Part shown: in pieces, positions 49,371 to 62,175 of the stretch
How the letters are laid out: each line of letters opens with the position of its first letter
How positions within the stretch are numbered: position 1 is the first letter of the stretch
NCBI RefSeq assembly: GCF_004010195.1
Contig: NC_057753.1
Span: forward strand, 7,250,130 to 7,314,129
Direction of reading: 5' to 3'
DNA length: 64,000 nucleotides
From: Chiloscyllium plagiosum
Lineage: Eukaryota
Notes under the pieces: generated by a model
Seen by the model: the letters and a program-made list of their open reading frames with translations, nothing else
What the model was told of the DNA's origin: nothing
The model's database searches: none
Made by a program: the position numbers and the translations under genes

Positions 49371-51032
49371 CTGTAAGAAAGACAGGGAGGTTCAGTACTT
49401 TAAAAAAAAAAGGAATCGTTCATTGAGTGGTAGTGTCATTGGCTCAGCTGGCATTCATTGTCCATGTATCATTCTCCAAAGTGAAGTTTAGAGACAAATA
49501 CATTGTTCTGCATATGCAATTCCTTGTCAACCTAACGAGGTAAGGATGGTAGTTTACATCCATTATGAACGTTCGTGACCTGAGTAAGTTGGGTACCTGT
49601 TTATCATTGGATTATGACGTGGAGATGTCAGTTTCGAGGAGGGTGAACGAAATTAAAAAGCACACTTCACCAGCTTTGTTAGAACAGATTTATTTGGAAG
49701 TAAAAGCCTTCAGAGCTCTGATCCTTCTTCACGTACATCGTGGAGTAGGATCATCGGTCGAAGGATCGATCACGAATTATCAAAATGTCATACTCTGATG
49801 CGTCATATTGAACAAACCCAGATTGCTGTTACGTCTTTCATCTTTGAGAAAGGGTTACAATTTTCTATTCATTAAAATGTAAACGCTAGAACTTCTTTCG
49901 AGTCACTTTCCCGATTTAACTTAGGGTGTTCACAAAAATGTGACACCACAGCTTAGACAATGCATAAGTGGTGTGAGGTTAGAGTCCGTAACTTTTCCGA
50001 CCTTGTATCTGAATAGTTCTAGTCCTAAAGTGTAAATTCGTAAAAAGTTCCATGGATTATCAAAAAAGAAATGGCTGCCTACAGATTACGTGCTCTTTGA
50101 AAAGAACAGAATTTATCTACAAATACAATTCTGCAAATGCAAAACAACCCAATAGATTTACAGGTGCATGTGCGAGCATTGCATTAATTCAATATATTTT
50201 CTCAAATTCAGAATCCAACATTGACTGTGGCGGGATGCGTAAACAACAGTCCAGCACATTACCTGGGTGTCTGCCTTAATTGTCCAGCGACTATATCACT
50301 ACTACATCCCACCCCTCACTTTTATATCAGTGTTCCAATGCATGATTGAAATAAGTGTGAAGATACAAACTATCAACATTTGAACATAAGCCATGTAATT
50401 CGTGGCATCATTACAGGGTAGTTCAGACCATTCCGTCCGACAACTGCACACTGACACTGCAAAGAGCAGCCCAACCAGACCCGTGACCAGAATCAGGCTA
50501 TCCCTGGATTACTGATGGCTGATGCACCTACTTTACACGTCCTGCCCACGATGGGCAATTTATAATGGCCAATCCACCGAACATTCACAGTATTCAAGTG
50601 TGGGAGACAACCAGGTCCCGCGGCTGAATCTCACAAAAACACGGGAATAACGTACAAAATACATGCAGACTGTCTCCCGAAAATGGAATCGTGCTCAGTT
50701 CCCTGATGCTGTGAGGCAACAGTGCTAAGCACTTACCTACTGAGACTTTTGTGTGCCAGTAACATCGGTATTCTATCCACTGTAGTCTGACAGAGTAACG
50801 ATTAAGGAAAATGAAAATTGCAAACGTCAGTTATATTACGTTATTATTATTACAGCAGTAATATTTTGAGAAAGTAGGAAGAGTTGAAAGTGTCCACAAA
50901 CAATTGTTGATTTTGCTTTTGGTAACATTGTGTTATAAAACATTGGCATTGGCAATTCGTTCTTTTCTCAGTAGGGCATTAACAATGAAAGAAAAACACT
51001 TACTCAAAAACAAACAGACAAGAATGATTTAC

Positions 51033-51102
51033 CTGGAATGCAAATGACTGCTAGAATCGGATAACATACTTCTTTCATGAGCAAAATCCACGGTTTAACC
51101 AT
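51033..51102 (-). CDS. Copy C exon 1 (MVKPWILLMKEVCYPILAVICIP + G)
   Basis: ATG at 51102-51100, 23 codons + 1 nt, donor CCAG|GTAAAT. Phase 1 joins exon 2 to give P-A-N-S-M, matching the TM1 P-A-N intron position known for GPR139. Intron 49371-51032. Confidence 0.85.
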
Positions 51103-53834
51103 ATTCAATTATCATTTACTTCTGCCAGTGCGAAATATCTGTGGCTGGTGCATGACCAGGATGCTTACATTTATGAATGCTTCAGGTCTCCAGAGAGTCA
51201 TTCATGTGATATCATCACTCACGTTAGTTTGAATGAATTCGACAAACGTTTTTCTTTGGAGATAACTCATGTTTTCTGTTAAGTTGTCTGTTCCCTGCTC
51301 AAACTGTGAGTTCAATCAAATGTTTTATTTTACTGACCTACTGACTTTCAGTTATCTGAGATTCAGTGCTTCACTTTTCCAATTTTTTCGTTCCCTATAG
51401 TTTCAGTGTTGTTCACATAAGCATTCGACAAACTTTAATGTTAGCTGCAACGGGGTCCATCTGAAACGACCCATCTCACTGTCGTTTCAATTCCAAGTGT
51501 TTCACTTCTCCCAAGAGCATTTTGTGCGACATTATATTCAATATCGTTCGAAACCTCATTGGCATGACATGAACAAGACTTCTGATATCCATGTCTGCAA
51601 CTCCATGGGGTACTCGGATAAATATAACAGTAATACTGAACAAAATATGTTTGTTATTCCATCAAACCCCTACTCGTACAATTTTGATTTACTCCCCCGA
51701 TTTTCTGCTGTCAATCCCGAAAGTGGACCCTATTCCATATGACCATAAGTAAAATGAACAGGAATCGGCTCTTCGTTCCCTCCAGTTTGCTCTTTCATTC
51801 AATAGGATCACGGCTGATCCAAAATTCATTGCACTGGCCTTCTCCCCTTATCCCTTGATCCCAGGGCAGTTTGAGCATGATAATGATAGATTATAGCACT
51901 CTTTAGTGTAGTTGGTTACGGATGTTAGGAACTGTCTGTGTGAAAGAGTAAAAAAAATATATCCTGCAATGTTACAAAAAACAACATAAGACCACAGCTA
52001 CAGTTCTGGAAGCTTTTGAAACAATCAAATTGCAACTGAAAGGGTTCAGAAAAGTTGAACCACCAAATTTTCAAGTTTATAGGTTTGTATTTATGTGAAT
52101 AAATTTGGAGACGGATTTTCTTTCCTTGGAGCAGGAAAGATTCGGGGGATGTATAAACCGTAAAGAAGTATTTTTTAAAAATGATAAACATAGCTAGCGA
52201 AGGCAGGAAAAAAAATGTTCCTTTTGGTGAAGGGATCCGTTACCGGGCGGGGAGAATGGACAGAAAGCAAGAAACAGCAGGGTTCAAGGAAATGTGATGG
52301 AATAGAATCAGTGAAATGATAGTGGGAACCGAGATGTCACTATCACTATGTGTAGAAAAGATAGACACACTTCTAACGGTGAATAAGTATTTTAAAGTGC
52401 ACTGGATATATCAAGACATACAAGGGTTGTATCATACCATGATAGTTGCCTGACATTTAGATGATGATTGCAATCAGATACAGAATCATGAAGAGAATGC
52501 AGAATTCCTCCAGTTATTTCATCGAGAGATTTAGAATCGAAATGCTGTTCAGCTAAACTTATGCAAGTTTTTTTGTCCTTAACTTGATTATCAGTTCAAT
52601 CTTTCCGTATTCCGTTTTCTAACAGCTTATCTAATTGCAAAAGAATCTTAACGAACGCAGAAATTGTCAGATTTCATTAGGTATTTCCAACGAAAAGCTG
52701 CCTCATGCTGAACACCATTTTTCAAACACAAGACTGCATTTTCAAGGAATCTGGTGAGTTTAATTTTCTTCTCGACCTTGAGGCTGTACGTTGTTGCGAT
52801 GCTATTTGGGGATTACAGCTTCAAATCATTCCTATATTCACTTCTGTGCTAAACTATGAAGGTAGTGTTGAAGGATGAAAATTATAGGAAAGAAACTTAA
52901 TCATTTTGTTTAGGAATACTCCGATTGAGAAGAACTTAGGAAAATGTTGTGCACAAACGTGGTCAAGGATTGGTTGAGCCGACGGAGGAATGTCCTGGAC
53001 ATTGAAATTGGAGAGCTTGGGAGTCAAGTCGGACCATCTCAGCGATAATGTATCACATTATCCTGTGCACTGTGCTCTCCACAACCTACTGGTCAAAAGA
53101 GGAATATGAAGTACGTGGAACAGCTTCTGGAGTCAAAGGTGTCCTCTGATGAGTAAGTAAAGATGTAACAATAATGTGCCAGGGAATAATTCTTGCTCAA
53201 GAACAAAACTGCTTGAGCAATGATTCAAGATAGATACCCCTCAACGAACTTAATTTGAAGATAACCTTGTGTGGCTGAGTTACCTGGAAAGTACTTGCTT
53301 CTGTCTGTTTCTTTCGGGAATCCACCTCCTTGGAGCATGTCTTGTCAATTGCGAATCATTTTTATCTGGAATTGTTTTGGACAAAAAGGACGATATATTG
53401 CGAAACATTGTGATCTTGTGATCACGTTAAACCAACAAATGCATGCACAAACTGAATATTGTCTGCTGGTTGGTCCTGATTACATTGATTCTACCGAGTG
53501 GATATCTAAAAGTGGGGTATCTAGGCAGAAGCAAGATTTGTGGCATTTGCTCCTGAAAAAGTAATTTTTTGCTCATAATATAGAACATAGAAGAATACAG
53601 CGCAGTACAGGCCCTTTGGCCCTCGATGTTGCGCCGATCCAAGCCCACCTAACCTATACTAACCCACTATCCTCCATATACCTATCCAATGCCCGCTTAA
53701 ATGCCCATAAAGAGGGAGAGTACACCACTGCTACTGGCAGGGCATTCCATGAACTAACGACTCGCTGAGTGAAGAACCTACCCCAACTTCAGTCCTATAT
53801 CTACCCCCCACTTAATTTAAAGCTATGCCCCCTT

Positions 53835-54160
53835 NNNNNNNNNNNNNNNNNNNNNNNNNNNNNNNNNNNNNNNNNNNNNNNNNNNNNNNNNNNNNNNNNN
53901 NNNNNNNNNNNNNNNNNNNNNNNNNNNNNNNNNNNNNNNNNNNNNNNNNNNNNNNNNNNNNNNNNNNNNNNNNNNNNNNNNNNNNNNNNNNNNNNNNNNN
54001 NNNNNNNNNNNNNNNNNNNNNNNNNNNNNNNNNNNNNNNNNNNNNNNNNNNNNNNNNNNNNNNNNNNNNNNNNNNNNNNNNNNNNNNNNNNNNNNNNNNN
54101 NNNNNNNNNNNNNNNNNNNNNNNNNNNNNNNNNNNNNNNNNNNNNNNNNNNNNNNNNNNN
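53835..54160. other. Assembly gap
   Basis: Run of N. Confidence 1.
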
Positions 54161-54826
54161 GGTGGTAGGTCGGAGTAGGATGGAGGCGGAGAGGTCAAGA
54201 AGAAGACTGCAGGTCAGGAAGGCGGTGCCGGGCTGGAGGGATCCGGCTGAGACAATGTGGGGGGAGGGGGGATGAAGAAACTGGTGAAGTCCATGTTCAT
54301 CCCCTGTGGTTGGAGGGTTCCCAGTCGGAAGATAAGACGCTCCTCCTCCGACCGTCGGGTTGTTGTGGTTTGGCGGTGGATGAGTCCAATGACCTGCATA
54401 TCCTCGGTGGAGTGGGAGGGGGAGTTGAAATGCTGTGCTACAGGTTGGTTGGGTTGGTTCGTCCGGGTGGCCCAGAGGTGCTCTCTGAATCGCTCCGCAA
54501 GTAGGTGGCCTGTCTCCCCAATATAGAGGAGGCCACACCGGCTGCAGCGGATGCAGTAGATGATGTGGGTGGAGGTGCAGGTGAATCTGTGGCGGGTATG
54601 GAAGTTTCCTTTGGGGCCTTGGAGAGAAGTGAGGGGGGGGGTGTGGGCGCAAGTGTTGCACCTCCTGCGGTTGCAAGGGAAGGTGCCGGGAGTGGAGGTT
54701 GGGTTGGTGGGGGGTATGGATCTGACAAGGGAGTCGCGGAGGGAGTGGTCTCTACGGAAAGCTGATAGAGGAGGGGAGGGAAATATATCCTTGGTGGTGG
54801 GGTCCGTTTGGAGGTGGCGGAAGTGA
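54161..54826 (-). mobile_element. Neptune-type Penelope fragment (Cys-rich linker + GIY-YIG), apparently nested in a CR1
   Basis: CNRRRCNTC...FTCTSTHIIYCIRCSRCGLLYIGETG...RFREH; flanked by CR1 sequence and a gap. Confidence 0.85.
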
Positions 54827-56298
54827 CCTATTGGACCTATTCCTACCCTAGTCATTCTTTTATATACCTATAGAAAGCCTTAGGGTTTTCCCTAATCCTA
54901 TCTACTAAGGACCTTTCGTGTCCCCTCCTTGCTGCTTTTAGCTCTCTCTTCAGGTCCTTCCTGGCTACCCTATAACTCTCAATCGCCCCAATTGAACCTT
55001 CACGTCTCATCTTGGGATAGGCCGCCCTCTTCCATTTAACAAGGGATTCCAATTCTTTATTAAACCACGGCTCCCTCGCACGACCCTTTCCTCCCTGCCT
55101 GACAGGTACATAATTATCAAGGACACTCAATAGTTGCTCCTTGAACAAGCTCCACATATCATTTACACTCTTGCCTTGGAGTCTACTTTTCCAAGCCACA
55201 CATCCTAAGTCATGCCTCACCGCATCATAATTTCCCTGACCCCAGCTATAACTCTTGCCCTGTAGTACACACTTATCCCTCTCCATCACGAGAGTAAAAA
55301 TCACCGAATTATGGTCACTATCCCCAAAGTTCCTGCCAGCCAGAATCCCCTTTCAAGAAATTTTATAGAACGACATTATGTTTGCCTAAATTAACAGTTT
55401 TAAAATGCCAATTTTTTTGTTTAAATGTAGGTATTTGCCATTTAATACATTCTCCTGTTTACACATGAATTATCAAGCTGTCTTTTGGGATAGCGTCAAT
55501 TAACTCAGTTGGTTAGATGCATTGCTTTCAATGCACATTGACAACAACAGAGTAGATTAGCACACAGGTGACGTTAGCATGAAAACCTCTTCTTTCAAAC
55601 CTCTCTCTACTTCTGAGGTGTTCTGAATCTCAGGGTAAACCCACCACTAGTCACCTCTCTCTCTCTCTCATTGGTGAACAGGATGTTACGATCAACTGTT
55701 TCATTTCCAGTGGTTTGGAACCATTAATTGTAGAGTGAAGTAAAGTATTCGAGTATTGAGGCAAGTATTCCCTTGCATCAGAAAGTAGCAAATGCTGAAT
55801 GCACAAAACAGTTCAGACAGCATTTGTGCAGCAAGTGAAATTTAGTTTGGAACATTGTCGACTGATCTGGTTGGATCCTAGTATCTGTTTCTATGCTATA
55901 TGACTCTATCACGCTTTTTATTAAGAGATAAATCAGCCAAGGTATATTCAGTAATTACATGACATTAATGGGGCTGCGCTTGATATACAGGTCAAGACTG
56001 GAATGCTTGCATTCTATACCATTTCTGTTAAACAAAACGTGAAGTCTCAGGAGTTCGTCTGGTTATACCTCCAATTGCTGTTGCCATAAACCATTAAATG
56101 GAATGTTTCAACTGGGCATTGTTTGTTTTAGGTCTGGCTGTAACCTGTAAACGAAACTACAGTTTTGAAAGTGCTCTGTGATACCACGCTTAGACTATCA
56201 CGAGTGGTTTTGTTCTCACTCGCTGAGATAGAATACATTTGCCAGATTGGAAGTTCACAAAACTGTCACGAGAGACAGCAGAACTGTCCTCGAGGAGA

Positions 56299-56595
56299 GA
56301 TTAGTTTACTTACAGTGTAGAAACAGGCCCTTCGGCCCAACAAGTCCACACCGACCCGCCAAAACGCAACACACATAGACCCACTCTCCTACGTTTACCC
56401 CTTCACCTAACACTCCGGGCAATTCAGCATAGCCAATTCACCTAACCTGCACATTTTTGGATTGTGGGAGGAAACCCACGCAGTTTCGGGGAAAATGTGC
56501 AAACTCCACACAGAGGATCGCCTGAGGCAAGAATTGAACACGGATCTCTGGCGCTGTGAGGCAGCGGTGCTTACCACTGTACGACCGTGCCACCC
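56299..56595 (-). mobile_element. HE1-like SINE at the site equivalent to 10452-10734
   Basis: Same flanks (gaggagaga / atggagttgggtgctcg). Confidence 0.88.
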
Positions 56596-57422
56596 TCTAA
56601 TGGAGTTGGGTGCTCGTTTATTCAATACAGCTTAGAAGGATGAGAGATGATCTGACTGCAAGGTATAATTTTTTAACGTTGCTGGACTGACCGATACAGG
56701 GAGCATCCTTCGCCTGGTTCGTGACTCTTTCAGAAGGTGTCGAAGTCTCAGGATATTGGTTGCGACTGAGATGAGGGAACATTTCTTCTGTTAGAGAACA
56801 GTGAACATGTGGAGTTCTCACCTGCAGCAGGCAATGGTGGTCACGTCACAAAATATATTCAACAGATTGTTTTTAGTGTTTGTAGAGGCATGGCTGCCTT
56901 CAGTGATAGATGACATGGCCCCTCGGTTCAAGCATAAGTAGACATTGGCACTAAATGTTGGTCTTCCCTCCAACATTGGACATACAACAGTTGGTTACAA
57001 GCTTATTCGATTGGTGTACTTCCTGACATGGAACATCTTGAGTGCCTGACTGACTGTTCCCAATACTCTTGACTACTACCAGAGTCTATTGCAAAGTTAC
57101 TGTGCTGTGGGGCCCTGTGCAAAGAATGAAGCTGAGTGAAAACTTGACAACAATCATGGTCAATGTTCATGCGAAGCAGCAAGGCAAGACTGAATTCTTA
57201 GGAGTCAAATGTCTTTGTTTGAGGAGGCAAACAGCCAAGGCAACGGTGGACTAGCATTGTGTTTGACAATAAACAAAGGGTTCAGGGATGCAACCTTAGT
57301 GCAAGTCATGAGCTAAATGAATTTCTTCCAGCGCACAATGTGTTCCTTGCTGGAGCATTTCACGTGGAACCTAGAATTGCACAAGTGTGTTGTAAGTAGA
57401 TCAGAAGTGTGCCCGTCTGTTT

Positions 57423-57728
57423 AGATTAGATTACATTATAGTGTGGAAACAGGCCCTTCAGGGCCAACAAGTCCAACCAACCCGCCGAAGCGTAACCCAC
57501 CCATACGTTTAACCCTTTCCTAACATTACGGGCAATTTAGCATGGCCGATTCACCTGACCTGCACATCTTTGGACTGTGGGAGGAAACCGGAGCACCCAG
57601 AGGAAACCCGCACAGACATGGGGAGAACGTGCAAACTCCACACAGTAAGTTGCCTGAGGCGAGAATTGAACCCGGGTCTCTGGCGCTATGAGGCAGCAGT
57701 GCTAACCACTGTGCCACCGTGCCACCCA
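57423..57728 (-). mobile_element. HE1-like SINE specific to unit C
   Basis: Full tRNA-like head; TSD TCTGTTT at 57416-57422 and 57729-57735; empty site at ~11578. Confidence 0.9.
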
Positions 57729-60700
57729 TCTGTTTTTGCAGTTTGCCATATTATTAAAAACTCAGGCCTGGGTGTGGCATTGTGGGGAACGTTTAACATT
57801 GCATGATGGGAAAAAAAGACTAATGCTCGAATTAAGGATCAACAAATTAAACAGGTCTGTGGCAAAAGGTCAGAAACAGCTTTCATGACGAGTCTCAATG
57901 TAAACAAATTGTACAAGCTTGATATAACGTCAGTAATCTTCTTAATGGCTCCTTGCATAATTTGAACTGCAGAGTTTATCTTAAACAAAATTTCCATGCA
58001 ACAGAAATAGAGTCATGGAATGATGCAACCGATTAATGTTTGGGAAAACTAGTAAGGCACATGTTCAGCACGACAGATGACGTACATTTCATGTAACCTG
58101 CAATTTCTCAGCATATTTTAAAATTTATGATATTACTCTTTTTCGTTGTAAAGGTGCAATTGATAGTGCCGGGATCCTTTGGTTTGTGCCTCTCTTATTT
58201 GTTTTAGCCATAAACACTGCATGTAAGTCTTTTTAAATAAAAACAGAACGTTTGACAGTTCAAGTTTCTTTTAAGCTTTCGCTGAGCTTTGAGTTTGATC
58301 TCACAGATTTCTGCCACTTAAAGTGCGTTTAGATGTGGGGACATGGAGCTTTCTGGAAAAGGCGTGCGTGGACTGTGTCATGAGATCTTGGGAACTGGTA
58401 TTCATCTGAGTGGACTTTCAGGGCAAGGAGCGAGCTGAGGTCACCATGCACCTTCTCTATGTTGCATTATTGACAGTTCTTCTCAGCTACCTTGCTCAAC
58501 ATATTAGGTAAGATAGGAAGCTGATCATGTATTAGCTAAGATGCGTTGCTAATGCACCATTTAACAACTTTAATTCCATGTATTTTTTCACTCATTACTG
58601 CCTAACATTATTGCTAAACGGAAGGACAATGCTGTCACTTTCGTAAGGGTATTTTACCCTTGGGTTTCTTTTTCTAAGGATTTCGGAATGGCAGATGTGT
58701 GTATACGTTTTGGGAAGCTGTTGTTAGCAGGCGCAGAAGCTGAAATGTGCAAAGGATTCCATGCTTCAGCAGATGATCACGGATTGACGTTTCTCTCTGA
58801 CATCTCTCCATCCTATAAGAACCTAAATTTGAATTTGCATTTTGCCAAGGGGTGTGTTTATGAGCGTTGTGGGAATTCTAACCACTCCATATTTAAGTTG
58901 TAATATTGAATTCGTTGTTTTTTCAGATTGTTTAGTTAGTTATTCTAAATTATGCATTCGTTCGTTTTTGTTTCAATTGTAGTATTTGAATACGTTATGT
59001 TTTGCTTAAAGCCGAGTGGTTTGACCAGCTGCCTCACACCTGGAATATCCAAAACATATCAACGTTTAAAATGAGGAACAATTCGGGTCAGGCTGCCTTT
59101 TCAAAATATTTTGGGGATGCACAGCCCCGTCCATATCACCGAGAATAACTCTGCAGTGAGATGATCCGTTTGTTGAGGTGCACCTCACAAAACATCACAG
59201 ACAATTTTCCATAAATCTCATTGCATTCCACTTCCCATAGGACTCAGTGGAAGTAACCTGCTTTACGCAACTCTCACGTTGTGCAAGCCTCACGATCTGT
59301 ATCCTAGATCCAACGGCCTGACCAGTGAGGGTAAATTTGCTCAATTATTAACAAGTTTCCAATCTAATTCGGAAACGTCTAAATCAAAGCTTAATACGAA
59401 GCCTAATTCGGGCCTACAAGATTTAACAGTTTAGTAGAAATTGTCGGTGTTGGTTCTACAGTTAACTGACGAACTATTTTGAAGTTGCAGAGAATGAGAG
59501 AAATTATCTGAGTCAAATCTATTTCTGCATTAGATATTCGCAAATTAATTGCTGTCTTTCTCTTGAAGTCTGTATCGGGACTGAATATAAGTAAACGCAC
59601 TGACATAAAATAAATCAAAACTATGAATGCTGGAGATCTAGAACAACCAAAATAAAAGGTAATGCTGGAGAAACTCGTTAGGTGTGGCGAGGTCGTGGAG
59701 AGAGAAAGATGCAGCGTTGGCGTTACAAATCTAATGACCTTGAATTCGGTTTCTGTCTGTACAGATGGTGTGCTTTCTTTGCTGTCACTTTCTGCTTTTT
59801 ATCATTTACAGAAAATTATTCGCACAGACCTAAATATATAGACGTTCTCCGTTGCATCTGTTTTGGACCTTCCACGCACAAAATCCACAAAATATTTCAA
59901 AATATTAAATCAATGTTTTGAAACGTTGATTTTTTTTTCGTAGAAACAGTTGTTAAAATGTAGCAAATAGCAGAATTGACTAAGAAAACCTTAGTTTCCA
60001 TTTCCAGCTGAGAAGAACAGCTATGATGCCTCCTCGAGGACACCTCTTCCTACCACCCCCTTGACAATGACCCCACCCCCCATCACCAAACCATCATCTC
60101 CCAGACCATACAGAACCTCATCACCTCAGGAGATCTCCCACCCACAGCTTCCAACCTCATAGTCCGGGAACCCCTCACTGCCCGGTTCTACCTCCTTCCC
60201 AAGATCCACAAGCCTGACCACCCTGGCCGACCCATTGTCTCAGCATGCTCCTGCCCCACTGAACTCAACTCTACCTACCTCGACACTGTCCTATCCCCCC
60301 TAGCCCAGGAACTCCCCACATACGTCCGAGACACCACCCACGCCCTCCACCTCCTCCAAAACTTCCATTTCCCCAGCCCCCAATGCCTCATCTTCACCAT
60401 GGATATCCAAACCCTCTACACCTCCATCCGCCATGACCAGGGCCTCCAAGCCATCCGTTATTTCCTCTCCAGACGTCCCCAACGGTACCCTTCCACCGAC
60501 ACACTCATTCGTTTGGCCGAACTGGTCCTCACCCTTAACAATTTCTCCTTTGAATCCTCCCACTTCCTCCAAACCAAAGGAGTAGCCATGGGCACACGTA
60601 TGGGCCCCAGCTATGCCTGTATCTTTGTTGGCTATGTAGAGCAGTTGATCTTCCGTAATTACACCGGCACCACTCCCCACCTCTTCCTCCGCTACATTGA

Positions 60701-60801
60701 TGACTGCATTGGCGCCACCTCGTGCTCCCGCGAGGAGGTTGAGCAATTCATCAACTTCACCAACACATTCCACCCTGACCTTAAAATTTACCTGGACCAT
60801 C

Positions 60802-61579
60802 NNNNNNNNNNNNNNNNNNNNNNNNNNNNNNNNNNNNNNNNNNNNNNNNNNNNNNNNNNNNNNNNNNNNNNNNNNNNNNNNNNNNNNNNNNNNNNNNNNN
60901 NNNNNNNNNNNNNNNNNNNNNNNNNNNNNNNNNNNNNNNNNNNNNNNNNNNNNNNNNNNNNNNNNNNNNNNNNNNNNNNNNNNNNNNNNNNNNNNNNNNN
61001 NNNNNNNNNNNNNNNNNNNNNNNNNNNNNNNNNNNNNNNNNNNNNNNNNNNNNNNNNNNNNNNNNNNNNNNNNNNNNNNNNNNNNNNNNNNNNNNNNNNN
61101 NNNNNNNNNNNNNNNNNNNNNNNNNNNNNNNNNNNNNNNNNNNNNNNNNNNNNNNNNNNNNNNNNNNNNNNNNNNNNNNNNNNNNNNNNNNNNNNNNNNN
61201 NNNNNNNNNNNNNNNNNNNNNNNNNNNNNNNNNNNNNNNNNNNNNNNNNNNNNNNNNNNNNNNNNNNNNNNNNNNNNNNNNNNNNNNNNNNNNNNNNNNN
61301 NNNNNNNNNNNNNNNNNNNNNNNNNNNNNNNNNNNNNNNNNNNNNNNNNNNNNNNNNNNNNNNNNNNNNNNNNNNNNNNNNNNNNNNNNNNNNNNNNNNN
61401 NNNNNNNNNNNNNNNNNNNNNNNNNNNNNNNNNNNNNNNNNNNNNNNNNNNNNNNNNNNNNNNNNNNNNNNNNNNNNNNNNNNNNNNNNNNNNNNNNNNN
61501 NNNNNNNNNNNNNNNNNNNNNNNNNNNNNNNNNNNNNNNNNNNNNNNNNNNNNNNNNNNNNNNNNNNNNNNNNNNNNNN
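60802..61579. other. Assembly gap
   Basis: Run of N. Confidence 1.
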
Positions 61580-61749
61580 TCCGGACTTGTCCGACCTGCC
61601 CAGCTCTTTTTCCACCTATCCACTCCACCCTCTCCTCCCTGACCTATCATCTTCTCCTCCCCCACTGACCTATTGTACTCTATGCTACTCTATCCCAACC
61701 CCCACCCTCCTCTAGCTTATCTCTCCACGCTTCAGGCTCTCTGCCTTTA

Positions 61750-61783
61750 CTCCTGATGAAGGGCTTTTGCCCGAAACGTCGAT
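61750..61783 (+). ncRNA. Minimal hammerhead ribozyme motif in the Neptune 3' end
   Basis: tc-CTGATGA-a-gggc-tttt-gccc-GAAACGTC-ga, with a perfect stem II. Confidence 0.75.
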
Positions 61784-62175
61784 TTCGAAGCTTTTCGGAT
61801 GCTGCCGAATTGCTGTGCTCTTCCAGCACCACTGATCCAGAATCTGGTTTCCAGCATCTGCTGTCATTGTTTTTACCCCGAATTGGTATCTGTCATTAAG
61901 CAAAGGGACATATAAAAGAGCAGACGGAAGAATGGCTCAAATCAGAGACTGGTAACAGTGGTGTTTTCGTTCCAGAAAAGGTAGTTGAGGTTAATAGCTG
62001 ACCCAAGTAGGCAGGGACTTGAATAGTCCAACTTTCTCTCATCATGGATGACGGTCCTTATCTCTCACAAAGTGAGGACTTGCAATCTCAAACTGTCTAA
62101 TTCAGGTTTGGGTGGGTGCGGCATTTTGGGAAACTCTGGTGGTAAAGAATAAATCAACGAATATTATTTTGTTTT

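Larger units (their letters stand above)
53582..55328 (-). mobile_element. CR1-clade LINE specific to unit C (interrupted by a gap and a Neptune fragment)
   Basis: The 3' end (53582-53770) is the reverse complement of ~45115-45310. The 5' part encodes GDSDHNS and IRENPKAFYRYI. The site is empty in unit A (~9484). Confidence 0.85.
48060..60028. repeat. Tandem segmental unit C (partial; homology ends at a Penelope insertion)
   Basis: Colinear with 3265-13340. The match ends at agaacagctatgatg (60028), equivalent to ~13343. Confidence 0.85.
60029..61878 (+). mobile_element. Penelope-like retroelement (Neptune type), spans an assembly gap
   Basis: RT motifs FYLLPKIHKP, MDIQTLYTSI, GVAMGTRMGPSYA and RYIDD. 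C-rich strand. The 3' end carries a hammerhead motif at 61750-61783. Confidence 0.88.

Noticed and set aside
51165..51180. TATA-like CATAAAT ~70 bp upstream of the ATG in all three units
   Set aside because: Weak motif; its conservation is expected from paralogy alone.
53769..54676. Long ORFs containing X runs (also 60300-61715)
   Set aside because: They are artefacts of translating through N gaps.
57660..57727. tRNA gene
   Set aside because: The A and B boxes belong to the tRNA-derived SINE head; no full cloverleaf is evident.
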